64,000 bases of DNA from the human T2T-CHM13v2.0 reference genome, Homo sapiens, in NCBI RefSeq assembly GCF_009914755.1, contig NC_060925.1. One strand, written 5' to 3'. The position numbers and the translations under genes were made by a program. Each line of letters starts with the position of its first letter. The stretch's first letter is position 1. The notes below the pieces were generated by a model. The model was not told where the DNA came from. It saw only the letters and a program-made list of their open reading frames with translations, and did no database searches. Below are positions 39,835-55,270 of the stretch, one piece after another.

Positions 39835-40271
39835 GCACAGGACTCAGGCCACCCTCGCTTGTCCTGGCGCCCGGCGGCAGCTGCCCAGAAACTTCCTGGG
39901 AGAAAGAGCCCTCGGGCTGCCTTCCCCTCTGCGTGTTTCGAAGTGGGATGACAGTCGGCCACGGAAAACAAGAGGAAGCCTCGGCCTCCCTGAGCTCTGA
40001 CCCCAGCCTCACCCGAAAGGCCAGCCTGGGGCTCTCCGGCAGGCAGCCCGAGACCTGCACAGATGAAGGAGCAGAGGTTCTGACCGAGAGGCTGAGCCAG
40101 GCCGGGGTCTGGGCCCTTCAGGGAGCCGCGGATTTTTATGTTCAGAAAGTGATCCTGGTTTCTAGGTCTTTGCTCTGCAGGATCGGGATCAGAGCGTGGG
40201 AGGAGGTGGGGGTGGACGTCCATCCGGTGAACAGTGAAGGCGTTTGTGAGGTCTTTCTGGTCCCAGCATGA

Positions 40272-40277
40272 AATAAA
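40272..40277 (+). terminator. GABRD polyadenylation signal AATAAA
   Basis: First canonical hexamer after the stop, ~440 nt downstream. Confidence 0.85.
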
Positions 40278-41157
40278 GCCTTGGCCTGGGGGCCGCTTCA
40301 TTCTCCCTCACTGTGCTGCGCTTCACTCCTGGGGTGCCTGGAGCCCACCCCAGCTGCCCGGAACACCCTTCTCCAGCTGCAGGCTCCCTGGGCGGTGTTT
40401 GGGTGGGAGCTGATTGTGAAAGTGCAGAGAACACTCAGGGTTGAACATACACCTTGCCCAGGGGAAACAGTGGGTCGAGGTCCTGGGAAGGAGGCTGTCC
40501 TTGTCAGCAGGGCAGGCTTCGAGGGAAGAGCTTCAGGAAGTGATGAACCAGTTTTTGTGATGCTGGCTTCAGGCACTGGGTCTCCTCATCTATGTCCCCG
40601 CGCTGTGATGAGGCCATTTTCTCCAGGGGCGTGAGGCAAGATCCTGCGCCGACAGTGTGAGGGAGTGAGCTCAGGGTCACTGTCCCAAAGCCGGGAGCTT
40701 TTGAAGTGTCTTCCTGAGATCCTGGGGCTCAACACTAGACTTGGGGACAGAGACTTGGGGACACAGGGGCTCAGGGGCTGGATCCCAGATGAGCCATGTC
40801 TGGGGTACTGAGGGAGGGCTGAGGTGCAGAGGCCTGGAGGGGGCTAGAGGAGCTGCCACTCCCTTGGTCCCTGAGGCCTTTGGTCCAGTGGGTGTCCAGG
40901 GCTAGGTGCCACCATGGTCCCCTCTTGGATGAGAGGATAGACACATGGAGGCCACCGAGGCCTCACAAACACCACAGCCCTTTCCCACCTGCTGCCACTG
41001 CCACGGACATGGGGAGACCACCCTGCAGCCCAAGGACCCCCCCGGCCGTCAGAGCAGCTGACAGGCAGCTCTTAATGAGGGGTCCAGGTTTCACAGGGCA
41101 CTGGGTCATTACTCGTGGAAGAATCTGAAGGGAGCAGTTGGAACAGCTGCTGGGGCT

Positions 41158-41265
41158 CTGCCATCCGCTGCAGGACCCAGGCATCCAGGGCGCTGCCATC
41201 CTCTGCGGGACCCAGGCATCCGGGGCACTGCCATCTGCTGCGGGACCCAGGCATCCAGAGCCATC
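41158..41265. repeat. 35-bp tandem repeat, 3 copies
   Basis: ctgccatcc(g/t)ctgc(a/g)ggacccaggcatcc(a/g)ggg; ccatc at 41161, 41196 and 41231. Confidence 0.9.
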
Positions 41266-43049
41266 ACACGGCAGCTCGCAAGGTGGCAAAGTCGTCCAGG
41301 CCAGTGCCCTGTGGAATCAGGGTGGCCGCTAGCCCTGGGTGGCCCCCATCTCCATACCACTGGGGACCGGGGGATGACTGTGTGAATCACCTGTCCTCAG
41401 CACGGCCTGTGGCAGCCCTGGCAGGCTGAGCAAGCCGAGAAATCAAGTCATCACTGGGGCCCAGGCATTGCACCTGGGGATGGACACAGGCCGAGCTGCT
41501 TCCCCAAGGGCCAGGCTGTGCCCGAGAGCAGATGAGGGCACTGCCCACCATGGCCCAGACCACAGCCCCGTGTTCCACCTCTGGCCCCTGCTGGAAGGTC
41601 CCCCACGCCACTTCCTAACAACCACTCCTCATTTCCAGGCTGCCCTTTTGCGCCCCTGCTCTGCAGGACAAGGCTGTGAGGCTTGGCAGGGTCGTCCTGG
41701 GGGTGGGACAGGCTGGGGATGGAGGGGGTGGGACGGACCAGGCTCTGTTGTGGCCACAAGCGGCACACAGAACAGAAGTGAGCCCTGGGGCAAGCAGAGA
41801 GCAGGTGGCCGGGGAGCAGCAGAGCCGGATCTGGGTCAGCTGGGGCTCCAGGCCACCTCCCGACACCAAGGCGAGGCGGCTGAGCCTGCCAGCTCCCTGT
41901 CCAAGGACAGAGACACCCCTGCAGGGCCGGCTCTCACTGTCCCGCCTCCTACCCTCTGCTTCCTGGGCCTCCCTGCAGGGTTACCGCTCCCTCCTCCCTG
42001 GAGCTCACCTTGCTCTGGGGATAGGGGCCCAGGCCGCAGATGGCGCACGCTATAGCTATGGGCTGGGTCCCAGGCTGCCACCACTACCCACCCCAGGCCC
42101 CCAGGCTCCTGCCCCAAGGGCGGGCCTTCCACCCAGGGCAGCCAGGGAGGGTCGGCTCCAACTCCTGGGCCTTTGGGGGAAGGGGGTTGGTTCAAGATTC
42201 TGGGAACTATTTGGGGGCATCTCCTGGACCTGGAGGCTGTTGAGCCACCCCCCACCCCGCTCTCTGCTGTGAGGACCCTGGCCCCATCTCTGCCTTGTCC
42301 TCCTTGCGGCCGCAGGGTGCCCTCTTTCCCAGGCTTGTACCCACCAGGAGCTATTTAAAGCCAGCCTTTGCAACTGCCTCGGGCACCCACGCAGCCAGGC
42401 CCGCCCGGGCAGCAGCCGTGCCTGATTCTGCAACCAGCAATCACCCCCCCCACAAGCAGGCTGCTGTTTCTGCCCACATATTTACAGGGCCAGGAGGGAC
42501 GGGAGGGCGCATGCTTTCAAACGCGACTTCTATTCTGGTAGTGAGGGCAGGAGCAGATGAAGGCGGGGGTGGGTCAGAGTTTGCAGCTGAGAGGAACCTG
42601 TTTGGGGAGGGGATGCCAGTGTTGCCCGCAACAGGGGGCACCTGCAGCAGAGATTGGTGGGCAGAGAGGCTGCCAGGGCTCCGTACACCCCCATCCCAGC
42701 AGAGACAAGTCTTTGGGGGCTGGTGGCTTCCTGGTCTCCGTGGAAGGCTGGACTGTGTACCATGAGCAGTGACCCCTGAGTGCCCTCTGAGAGTTGGGCC
42801 CACTCTTCCCTGAGGCTGGAGGCCGCAGGTGGAGCAAGAGGGGCCAGGACGTCGGGGACAGCATCCAGCTTCTCCGTCCCGTGGCAGAGGTGGGGCAGGC
42901 ACCGGCCGTTACCCTGCCCCTCCCCTCCAGCGAGGCAGGCGGGTGCATAGGCCAAGCGGAGCTCACACCTAGGGGCGTCCTCATGTGGGTTCCCCTACAA
43001 ACAGAGCCTGAGACAAGGACTTGGGTGCTGGGAGTTTATTTGGGGCTGG

Positions 43050-43445
43050 GGGTCTCCGCTGCCTAAACAAAGTACCACAAACCAGGTGCCTTAGAGTGAC
43101 AGAATCTGTTCTCTCTGGAGCCGAATGTCCAAAATCAAGACGCTGCAGGGCTGGTTCCCTCTGGCAGCTCCAGGGAGGACCCTCCCCCGGCCTCCCTCCT
43201 GCTTCTGGAGTTGCCAGGAACCTCTGGCCCTCCTGGCCTGGCAGGTGCACTGCCCCAGTCTCTGCCTCCGTCTCTGAGTCATTCTGCTGTCTCTGTCTCT
43301 CCTCTTCTTCTCAGGCACCTGCCGTCGGATTTAGGGTCCACCCTACTTCAGTGCGGCCTTGTCTTAACTGCATCTTCAAAGACCCTAATTTGAAACAAGG
43401 TCAACATTCTGAGGTCCCGAGTGACTTTGGGAGCCATTTGGCTCC
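43050..43445 (-). mobile_element. MLT1-type solo LTR nested inside an ERVL LTR
   Basis: 'aacaaagtaccacaaaccaggtgccttag...ggatttagggtccaccct...aaacaaggtcaacattctgagg'. Confidence 0.8.
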
Positions 43446-43619
43446 ATAGAGAGGGTGATCCACAGAGGCAGGAGCTAGAGCAGGGAGCAGGGAGGGATGA
43501 GGAAAGAGGAAAAACAGGAATGGGCTTTACAATCTGGGACGGCCAGGTCCCAACCCCACTGGCGACCCTCTGCCCAGAGCCAAGGGGAATGTGCCTCCAT
43601 ATTGTCCTTTTAAATTTCT

Positions 43620-44541
<922 letters not shown>

Positions 44542-45271
44542 ATGAGTGAGTTTTATCCGCCCCCACAGCTGCTGCTTAAACCAGATGTAGCCCGAAGGGC
44601 GCAGCCCAGGCCCCAGAGCAGCTGGGAGCCCTGGCACTGCTTGCATCTGTTCCGGCGGATGCCATGTTAAGCTTGTCTGCGGCTGATTCTTCAGGGTGGT
44701 GGCAGCCAAAGCAAGAGAGACAGCCATGGAAGTCGTGGGGGGCTGGTGACGAGCCAGTCTGCAGGCATCTCCACGGCAGGAGGCCCTCCTCCTCCTCCAC
44801 CCTGGCCCGCAGTCCTGCTGGCAGAGGTTACATCTGATGCGGCGACCCAGACCCCATCCGAGGAGTGAGCCTCGGTCACCGGCTTGTCAGGTGGATGTCA
44901 GTGTCATCGCCCACTCTGTGCCCCCGGCATGGAAGCCACAGGGGTGAATCCTCTGAGCTCCAGGCATTCTCCTCCCTGGCCCTACAAGTGCTCTCTTGTG
45001 CTAACCAGGTGTGGTGACCCCCGCCTGTGCCCACAGCCCACCAGCTGGGGGGCTCCAGAGGGAGCCTGACTTCCAAGCCTCTGTCCTTGCCAGGGTTGAG
45101 GGTGGTTTCAGAGGCTCTGGCTTTGCCTTCTCCACCATGGTGGTCCTCACTCCACAGGTCAGGGAAACAGAGGATCCTGGCAGCTGCTCAGGGCCTGCAA
45201 CCTGCCATGGACCTGCAGACCAGGGCGTCACCATAGGTTGGGTCCATAAACCCACTGGATGGCCACAGGCC

Positions 45272-45418
45272 GGGACCCCATCGGTCACTTGGCATCCCCA
45301 GGCCCCCACGCTGACTGGGGGGACCCCATCGGTCACTTGGCATCCCCAGGCCCCCACGCTGACTGGGGGGACCCCATCGGTCACTTGGCATCCCCAGGCC
45401 CCCATGCTGACTGGGGGC
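45272..45418. repeat. 48-bp minisatellite, 3 near-identical copies
   Basis: gggaccccatcggtcacttggcatccccaggcccccacgctgactggg; accccatc at 45275, 45323 and 45371. Confidence 0.95.
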
Positions 45419-45544
45419 TGCCATGACATGTTGGGTCCCTGGGTGGCATCAGACCCGAGATCCCAAAGCCCTTCCTGTTGCGGGCGTCCTTTCTCCAGGA
45501 CAGAGCTACTCTGAAGATGCAGCCACAGTGGCTCTGGGGGAGTC

Positions 45545-45680
45545 TTCATCACACCTGCACGCGGTCCATCACACCTGTGTGGTCCATCACACCTGCACGC
45601 AGTCCATCATGCCTGCGCGGTCCATCACGCCTGTGTGGGGTTCATCCCACCTGTGTGGGGTCCATCACACCTGTGTGTGG
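45545..45680. repeat. Imperfect 18-20-bp tandem repeat (tccatcacacctg...), ~7 copies
   Basis: Read directly from the sequence. Confidence 0.85.
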
Positions 45681-46179
45681 TGCTGCAGGGCCCTTCTCCG
45701 AGGAGACCAAGGCTCTCCTCCAACCAATGGTCATGGTTGAGTTCTGGAAATGAGAGCAGGAGTCACAGTTTCCCACTGTGCCTGCAGGTCCCAGCCTTCT
45801 CCTCCCGGTGCTTGTTTATTTCTGGTTATTCAAGTCCAGTGCCTACCTCAGTTGGTTGTTCATCGCCCACTCCAGGGACATGGTGGCCTATGAGCCACAG
45901 ATCGTGAGGGTCAGGCACCCCGGCTGCCCCCATTGCTGCACCGACACCCACCTTGCCTCCAGCGGTTGGCGCAGCCACACGGCTCCCATGGCAGGACCCG
46001 GGGCAGCACTTCCTCCTGCTAACATCGTCCATGCAGCTCAGCTCTCCAGGAGCTTCTCAGCAGCTCTGCTTTGTGCTAGCACCATGCTGGCCGCTCCACT
46101 ATGGCTGTGTCCTCCGGGCCCTCCTGGGACCGAGGCAGGTGGTAGTCCCTGTGGTCTCATCCAGTGGACCCACCCGCTC

Positions 46180-47545
<1,366 letters not shown>

Positions 47546-48639
47546 ACCATCATCTTGCAAGATAAGTGCCCCAGATGAGATATTTTCAGGGACTCCAGAC
47601 AGAAGCCTCCTCTGCTGTCCTCTAACAAGTGAGGTGGAATTTGGGAGCACAGTATTCACAGGTGAATTCACCCACAATAACCCCAAACCAGGCCTCAGTT
47701 CTGATGCCTTCCCTGCCAGGGCCCTGTGCTTGGCATAGCCGACCTCCATGGCTGCACAGAGGTCTTCTCTGGGATCTGTCGCTCTTCTGCTCAGCTATTG
47801 GGCCTGATTTTCAGCACCGTCTGCTTTCTCGCTATAGGAGAAGAGGGTTTCTTTCAATGCCACCGTAGAGAACTTTCTGGCTTCTGCAGCATTCCCCGAA
47901 GCCATAGTTGCTTCCAGACGCAGCCCTGGTGAGGGCTCTGCAGGCTGGCTTTCAGCTCCCCACCTTCCACCTCGTTGTCACTGTCCTGGTGAGAGACTCA
48001 ATGCCACAACCCCACCCTGGAATTGGCCACCTCCAGGACCAACCGTCTTAGCTTGGGTGATCCCCAAAGGAGAGCCTGATATGAGACTTCAGTGCATGTA
48101 GTTATTTAGGGAGGTGATCCCAGGAGGTAGGAGTTAGAGGTGGGGTGAGACAGGGAGGAGGAAACGCCTGTGTTATTGCAGAAGCTGCATTGGGGGTCAG
48201 CTCTACTGTCCCCAAGTCCCTGGGACCTTCTGAGGAGCCACAGGAATGCACCTCAGAGTTGTCCTTCTAAGCACAGGATGCTGGGGCGTGGAGGAGCCAA
48301 TTCCCAGCCCCGTTGCCTGAGGTGTGTCCCTGGGGAGAACTCCCCACCTTTCAGGCTGCCCTGCACTTGGGCTGAGCAGTTTGCTGTGGAGTCAGAGAAA
48401 GTCCCAAGGCAGAACAGCCGCAGAGACAGGAGGACCTTTCGGATGAGACTTGCCTGGCAACGGCCCATCCCGGCTGCTCTGAAACTACAGGCAAGCAGAG
48501 GGCATATGGCCCAGGCCACCAAAAACATCTACGGCCAAGAACCGGGGATTTCCCACAAAATAAACCTAACCATTTTGGGGGAAATGAATGCGCTTTTCTC
48601 TCTTGCCTTGCTGAGTACGGGGCTTCTCTGGTGTCAGTG

Positions 48640-48870
48640 ACTAGGAGTGCGGGCTCTGAAGTGAGCCAGCTATGCCGACCGGATATGTAACCCTGGGCAA
48701 GGCATTTACCCCCCTGAGCCCCAACATCTTCATCCCTTAAATGGGGACGGGGACGATCCTCCCCTTACTGGGTTATTTTGAACCTCAACAGGTATCATTA
48801 GCCAGACGCAGCTAGGCCAGTGCCTGGCAGTCCTACGGCTCAGTCATTTGCTTTTATTAGTTAGTCCAAG
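48640..48870 (+). mobile_element. MIR fragment
   Basis: 'taaccctgggcaaggcatttacccccctgagccccaacatcttcatcccttaaatgggga' MIR core. Confidence 0.7.
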
Positions 48871-49024
48871 GCAGCCGTCTGCCTGGCTTGGGCGGAGATT
48901 AGCCTTGTCAGAGAAGAAATGCAAAAAGAACACTCGTTACTATTTAGGTTTAGACACTGGAAATAGGATTTGTAGCAAGACAATAGCCTTGCAATCTGGA
49001 CTATTGTGTTAAAAATTCCCTCAC

Positions 49025-50384
<1,360 letters not shown>

Positions 50385-51514
50385 CTAGCAAGCCTCAGGG
50401 CAGCCACTCTATAGCCAGGCACAGCGAGGGTCTGGGGCACTTTGGGATCTGAGGAGCCCCGCAAGCCTCGTCTTTGACTTCACAGGAGCCCCTTTCCCTC
50501 CACACCCAGCTGTCATCTCGTGGGGGACATAAGACAGATTAGCGACTGCCGAAGACTGAGGAGAACTTAAGCACTCATTCGAATGTTGGGTTCAGATGAC
50601 TTGAGCTATTGCTTTTCCTGCTGCCTGGTACATGGGGGCTCGAGAAGGGATAAGAGATGGAGGAGAGGTAAACGGCGACACTCTCTTCCCCTCCCAGTTC
50701 CATGGCCTCTAACCATGCTCCCCACCCCAAGCGTCCCTGGGAAGGGCTGAGGACTGCCCTGCTGGGGGCCTGAACTGGATCCCGTGGGACTTGTTCTGGC
50801 CTTGGGGTTCCCCACTTTCCCAGCCGTGAAGCAGAGACTGGGCTGGCTGGAGCCGGCTCACAGCCCCAAGTGGGCCTGGGACCCAGTGGTAGCAGATACA
50901 CCCTGGGTATCCAAGCGATGCTCAGGTCAGAAGATCCACAAGGACACAGCTCGGCCACGAGCAAACACAGCTCTGCCACGCTGAGACAGTGTTGCAACAA
51001 GCCGGGCGTTGGGTCTGACAGCTCGAGCCCGTGAATCGCCCCCACCCACTTGTGGTACAGTTCCCACCTCACACAGGAGGAGCCCGAGGCCCAGCAAAGT
51101 GAGGGGACGAGCTCCTGACCACAGAGTGGGAAGGGTTCCAGTCTAGCTGGCTCAGATACCCCCCTACATCCTCAGCCCTGCATTAGGGAGCTTCCCCTAG
51201 CGCCCCCCAGGCCAGTCCACGCCCTGGTCAGCAGAAGCCTCTGCACCAGGAGAGCCCCACCCCATTGCCCCTGCAGGGCACTCCTGACCTGGTGACAAGG
51301 TCCCCGGGGTCTGCTCCCTGCACAAGGGGCTGGGACACTTTCCAAAGACAGAGACGCTGGTACACGGTGCAGCTGCAAGGACTTGGGTCTGGAGCCTCCC
51401 TGCTGGGCAGGGCCCTGTCCATCCAGCTGCTGGCTTGTTGGGGCCAGTGCCACCTGGGAGGGGGCATGGCTCCTTCTGTCCTAGCAGAGCTGCTTTTGCC
51501 TGGGGAGCACTACA

Positions 51515-51745
51515 GTGTGTGCCTGCACGTGTGCATGCATGCTGTCTGTGCATGTGTGTGCTGTGTGTGTGCATGTGTGTGCATGCATGCTGTGTGTGCA
51601 TGTGTGTGGGCGTGTGCATAAGTGTGCCTGTGTGTGGGTGTGTGCGTGTATGCTGTGTCTGCATGTGTGCATGTGTGCCATCTGCATGTGTGTGGATGTG
51701 TGCCATCTGCGTGTGTGTGTGTGTTTGTGTGTGTGTGTATGTGAG
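51515..51745. repeat. Degenerate (TG)n/(TGCA)n alternating purine-pyrimidine tract
   Basis: Read directly from the sequence. Confidence 0.92.
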
Positions 51746-52001
51746 ACTCTCAATCTCAAAGGCCACAGAGCCACCAGCCAAGCAGAGTTCACAGTGGACC
51801 CCATTCTGCTGCTGGCCACAGCCCCCCACCTTGGCCCTGGCAGCTGATGTGGAGGAAGGCTTCTGGTTCACAGTGGTGCTTGCATTTCCACGTCTTTCCT
51901 TGAGATAGATCCCAGAAGTGAAGCTGTGAGACCAGATGACGTGGACATCTTTGAGGCTCTGAGTGCCTTCTGTCAGCCTGCTTTCTAGAAGACGGTCCCA
52001 G

Positions 52002-52627
<626 letters not shown>

Positions 52628-52900
52628 TCAGCATCTCCCCGTGATGGTTTGAGTGAACCGAGATTTTGTCTGTTTTCACGAGGCTAAAATAGCGTGTGGA
52701 GCAGTCCCATGAACAGTTCCCAGCATTGCCATGGTGACCGTGGTTCTGGTGCTGCCTCCTCAGACGCACCAGCCTCGCGCCGCGTCTGAAATAACCCCAG
52801 GGAGCCGAGGGCGGTGGAGGTGGGGGCCCACCACCCAGCAGCAACTGTTGGACCCCGCAGCGCAGGAGTGGCAGGGCCCGTCTGCAGTGCAGGAGTGGCA

Positions 52901-52921
52901 GGGCGTGTCCGCGGTGCTGAC
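52901..52921 (-). promoter_or_regulatory. RE1/NRSE-like motif GTCAGCACCGCGGACACGCCC
   Basis: TCAGCACC-NN-GGACA core with canonical spacing; the right half deviates after GGACA. Confidence 0.5.
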
Positions 52922-53076
52922 CGGTTGGTCTTGGGCCCTGGCGCTGTGTCCCCGCACAGGTCTCGGGAGAGGTTCTCCACTCTGAGGGCGTGTCCAGTCC
53001 AGAGAAGGGGACGCGCGGCGTGTTCCCCAGTGGTCTGGACCCTGGGGTCCCGCCCCATCCCTGCCCTGCCCAGGCC

Positions 53077-53090
53077 CTGCCCCCTGCTGG
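53077..53090 (-). promoter_or_regulatory. CTCF core motif CCAGCAGGGGGCAG
   Basis: Full match to CCASYAGRKGGCRS. Confidence 0.55.
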
Positions 53091-53489
53091 TGTGTGTCCC
53101 TGGACCAGGCATGGAGCGACCCCGGCCCTGGTGTCTCATCCACAGAATAGGGTCATGATTCTCACGTCCTAGGGATGGGCTGAGGGTCCCAGAGGCGATG
53201 TCGGACACAGACGGTCCTCCAGGGGAAGGCACCATTGAGCGGGGTGGGGGCCTGAAGGGAGGCTGTGCCTTCTGGTGAGACTCAGCCAGGGAAGCTGTGT
53301 GCAGAGCTCAGCCTGGCAGTGTCCAGCCCTTCCCTGCCTCCCCTGGGTGCCCTCCCAGCTGCTCTATCTTCCAGGCCAGCCTCCTCTTTCCTCCCCTGGC
53401 CTCTCCAGACCCTGGACACAGCAACCCCACCTCCTCCTCACTGTGTTGGCTCTGCTGGGAGTGGCAGTGCCCAGCCCCTCTGACAGTAT

Positions 53490-53850
53490 GTGCGCGCGCA
53501 CACACACACACTCAGAGAGCTCCACACACACACAGGTACACACAGAGCTACAGACACACAGGTACACATAGAGAGTTACACACAGGTACACACAGAGAGC
53601 TCCACACACTGGTACACACAGAACTACAGACACACACACAGGTACACACAGAGAGCTCCACACACACACAGGTACACAGAGCTACACACACACACAGGTA
53701 CACACAGAACTACAAACACACACAGGTACACACAGAACTACAGACACACACACAGATACACACAGAAAGCTATACACACACACACACACACATACACACG
53801 GCCCCCCACACATGGGTACCTGTGGAGAACTACACACATATATGCAGAGA
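53490..53850. repeat. CA-rich compound repeat (unit ~cacacaggtacacacagag)
   Basis: Read directly from the sequence. Confidence 0.92.
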
Positions 53851-53889
53851 CTGCATTCGTGAGGTCCCATCTGAATATTTAATTTTTAA

Positions 53890-55075
53890 GTTATTATTAT
53901 TATTTTTTTAGAGGCTGGGCTTCACTCTGTCGCCCAGGCTAGAGTGCAGTGGTGCCACATCTCAGCTCACTGCAGCCTCCACCTCCTGGGCTCAGGTGAT
54001 CCTCTCACCTCAGCCTCCTGAGCAGCTGGGACCACAAGCACACACCACCGCACCCAGCTAATTCTTAAACTTGTTGTAGAGACGGGGTTTCACCATGTTG
54101 CCCAGGCTTGTCTCCAACTCCAGGCCTCAAGCGATGCGCCCGCCTCGGTCTTCCCAAGTGCTGGGAATGCAGGCGTGAGCCACCGCGCCCGGCCCAATCC
54201 GCAGATTTTAAGCGGGGACGACTTAAAAACAGGATTGCTGAGCTGCGACGAGGGGGGCTGCAAGGGGAAGGACACGCGGCCCCCGGGGCTGAGGGCGGCC
54301 CGGAAGGATGGACTCCGAGGCGGGGCTGAAAAGGGGGCAGCCGCGCCAAGCAGGAAGCGCCCCGGGGTGGGGCGGGAGGCCCGGAGGCCCCGGAGCCAGA
54401 GCGGGCAGGGCCGGCGCTGCGCGGTCGCCGAGGGACCCACGTGCGGGACGAGCTCCCCGGGCCCCCACGCGCCGCCAGCCCGAGCCCCGTCTCCCCGCGC
54501 GTCCCTCCTGCGCCCCCTCCTGGGCAAGCTCCGCATTGCGCGCGGCCGCCAGCAGCCCGGGACCCGCGCAGCTCCCCGAGGCCAGGACAGCCAGCAGGGA
54601 AGTGCCAGGCCTGAAACGCCGCCCGCCGGAGGAATGGTACCCAGAAGCTCGGGCGCTGGAGGGCGGCTGTGGAGTGAGGGGCACACGGGCGCGTGGAGGC
54701 AGTTAGCGACAGACACACGTGCGCCGGCACATGCACACAGAGGCGGGCACACACAGACACGTGGGCACAGAAAGGCACGCAGGCTGGGCCGGTGGCTCAT
54801 GCCTGTAATCTCTGCACTTTGGGAGGCTGAGGCACCAGGATGGCTTGAGCCCAGGAGTTTTAAGGTCAGCCTGGGAAACGTAGTCCATGTCTACAAAAAA
54901 ATACAAAAATTAGCTGGGCGCGGTGGTACGGGCCCGTGGTCCCAGCTACTCAAGAGGCTGAGGTGGGAGGATCACCTGAGCCCAGGAGGTCCAGGCTGCA
55001 GCGAGCCGAGATATGGCACCACTGCACTCCAGCCTGGGTGACACAGTGACACCCTGCCTAAAAAAAAAAAAAAAG
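53890..55075. mobile_element. Divergent AluJ-like pair (- 53890-54194, + 54782-55075) flanking a CpG island
   Basis: Alu consensus. Confidence 0.88.
54170..54790. promoter_or_regulatory. Orphan CpG island
   Basis: Dense CpG; GC boxes; CACGTG at 54438, 54716 and 54758; GGAAG motifs; no coding exon evident. Confidence 0.75.
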
Positions 55076-55084
55076 CAGGAAAAA

Positions 55085-55270
55085 AAGACACACGCACAGA
55101 CATCTATGCATGCATAGACACACATACGTCAACACAGACACACAAGCACAGACATATCTATACACACACGTGGACACACATACACAGACACATGTATGCA
55201 TTCACACAATACACACAGACACAAACACATATAGACTCAGATAAGCACACAGGCACTCACACCCCACACC
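55085..55270. repeat. Degenerate (CA)n tract
   Basis: Read directly from the sequence. Confidence 0.9.

Noticed and set aside
45272-45418. Regularly spaced repeats resembling a CRISPR array or a repeat-protein ORF
   Set aside because: No unique spacers and eukaryotic context; the frame stays open only because 48 is divisible by 3
54065-55041. 236-288 aa ORFs over the orphan CpG island
   Set aside because: They begin or end in Alus and have the Arg/Pro/Gly/Ala bias expected of CpG islands
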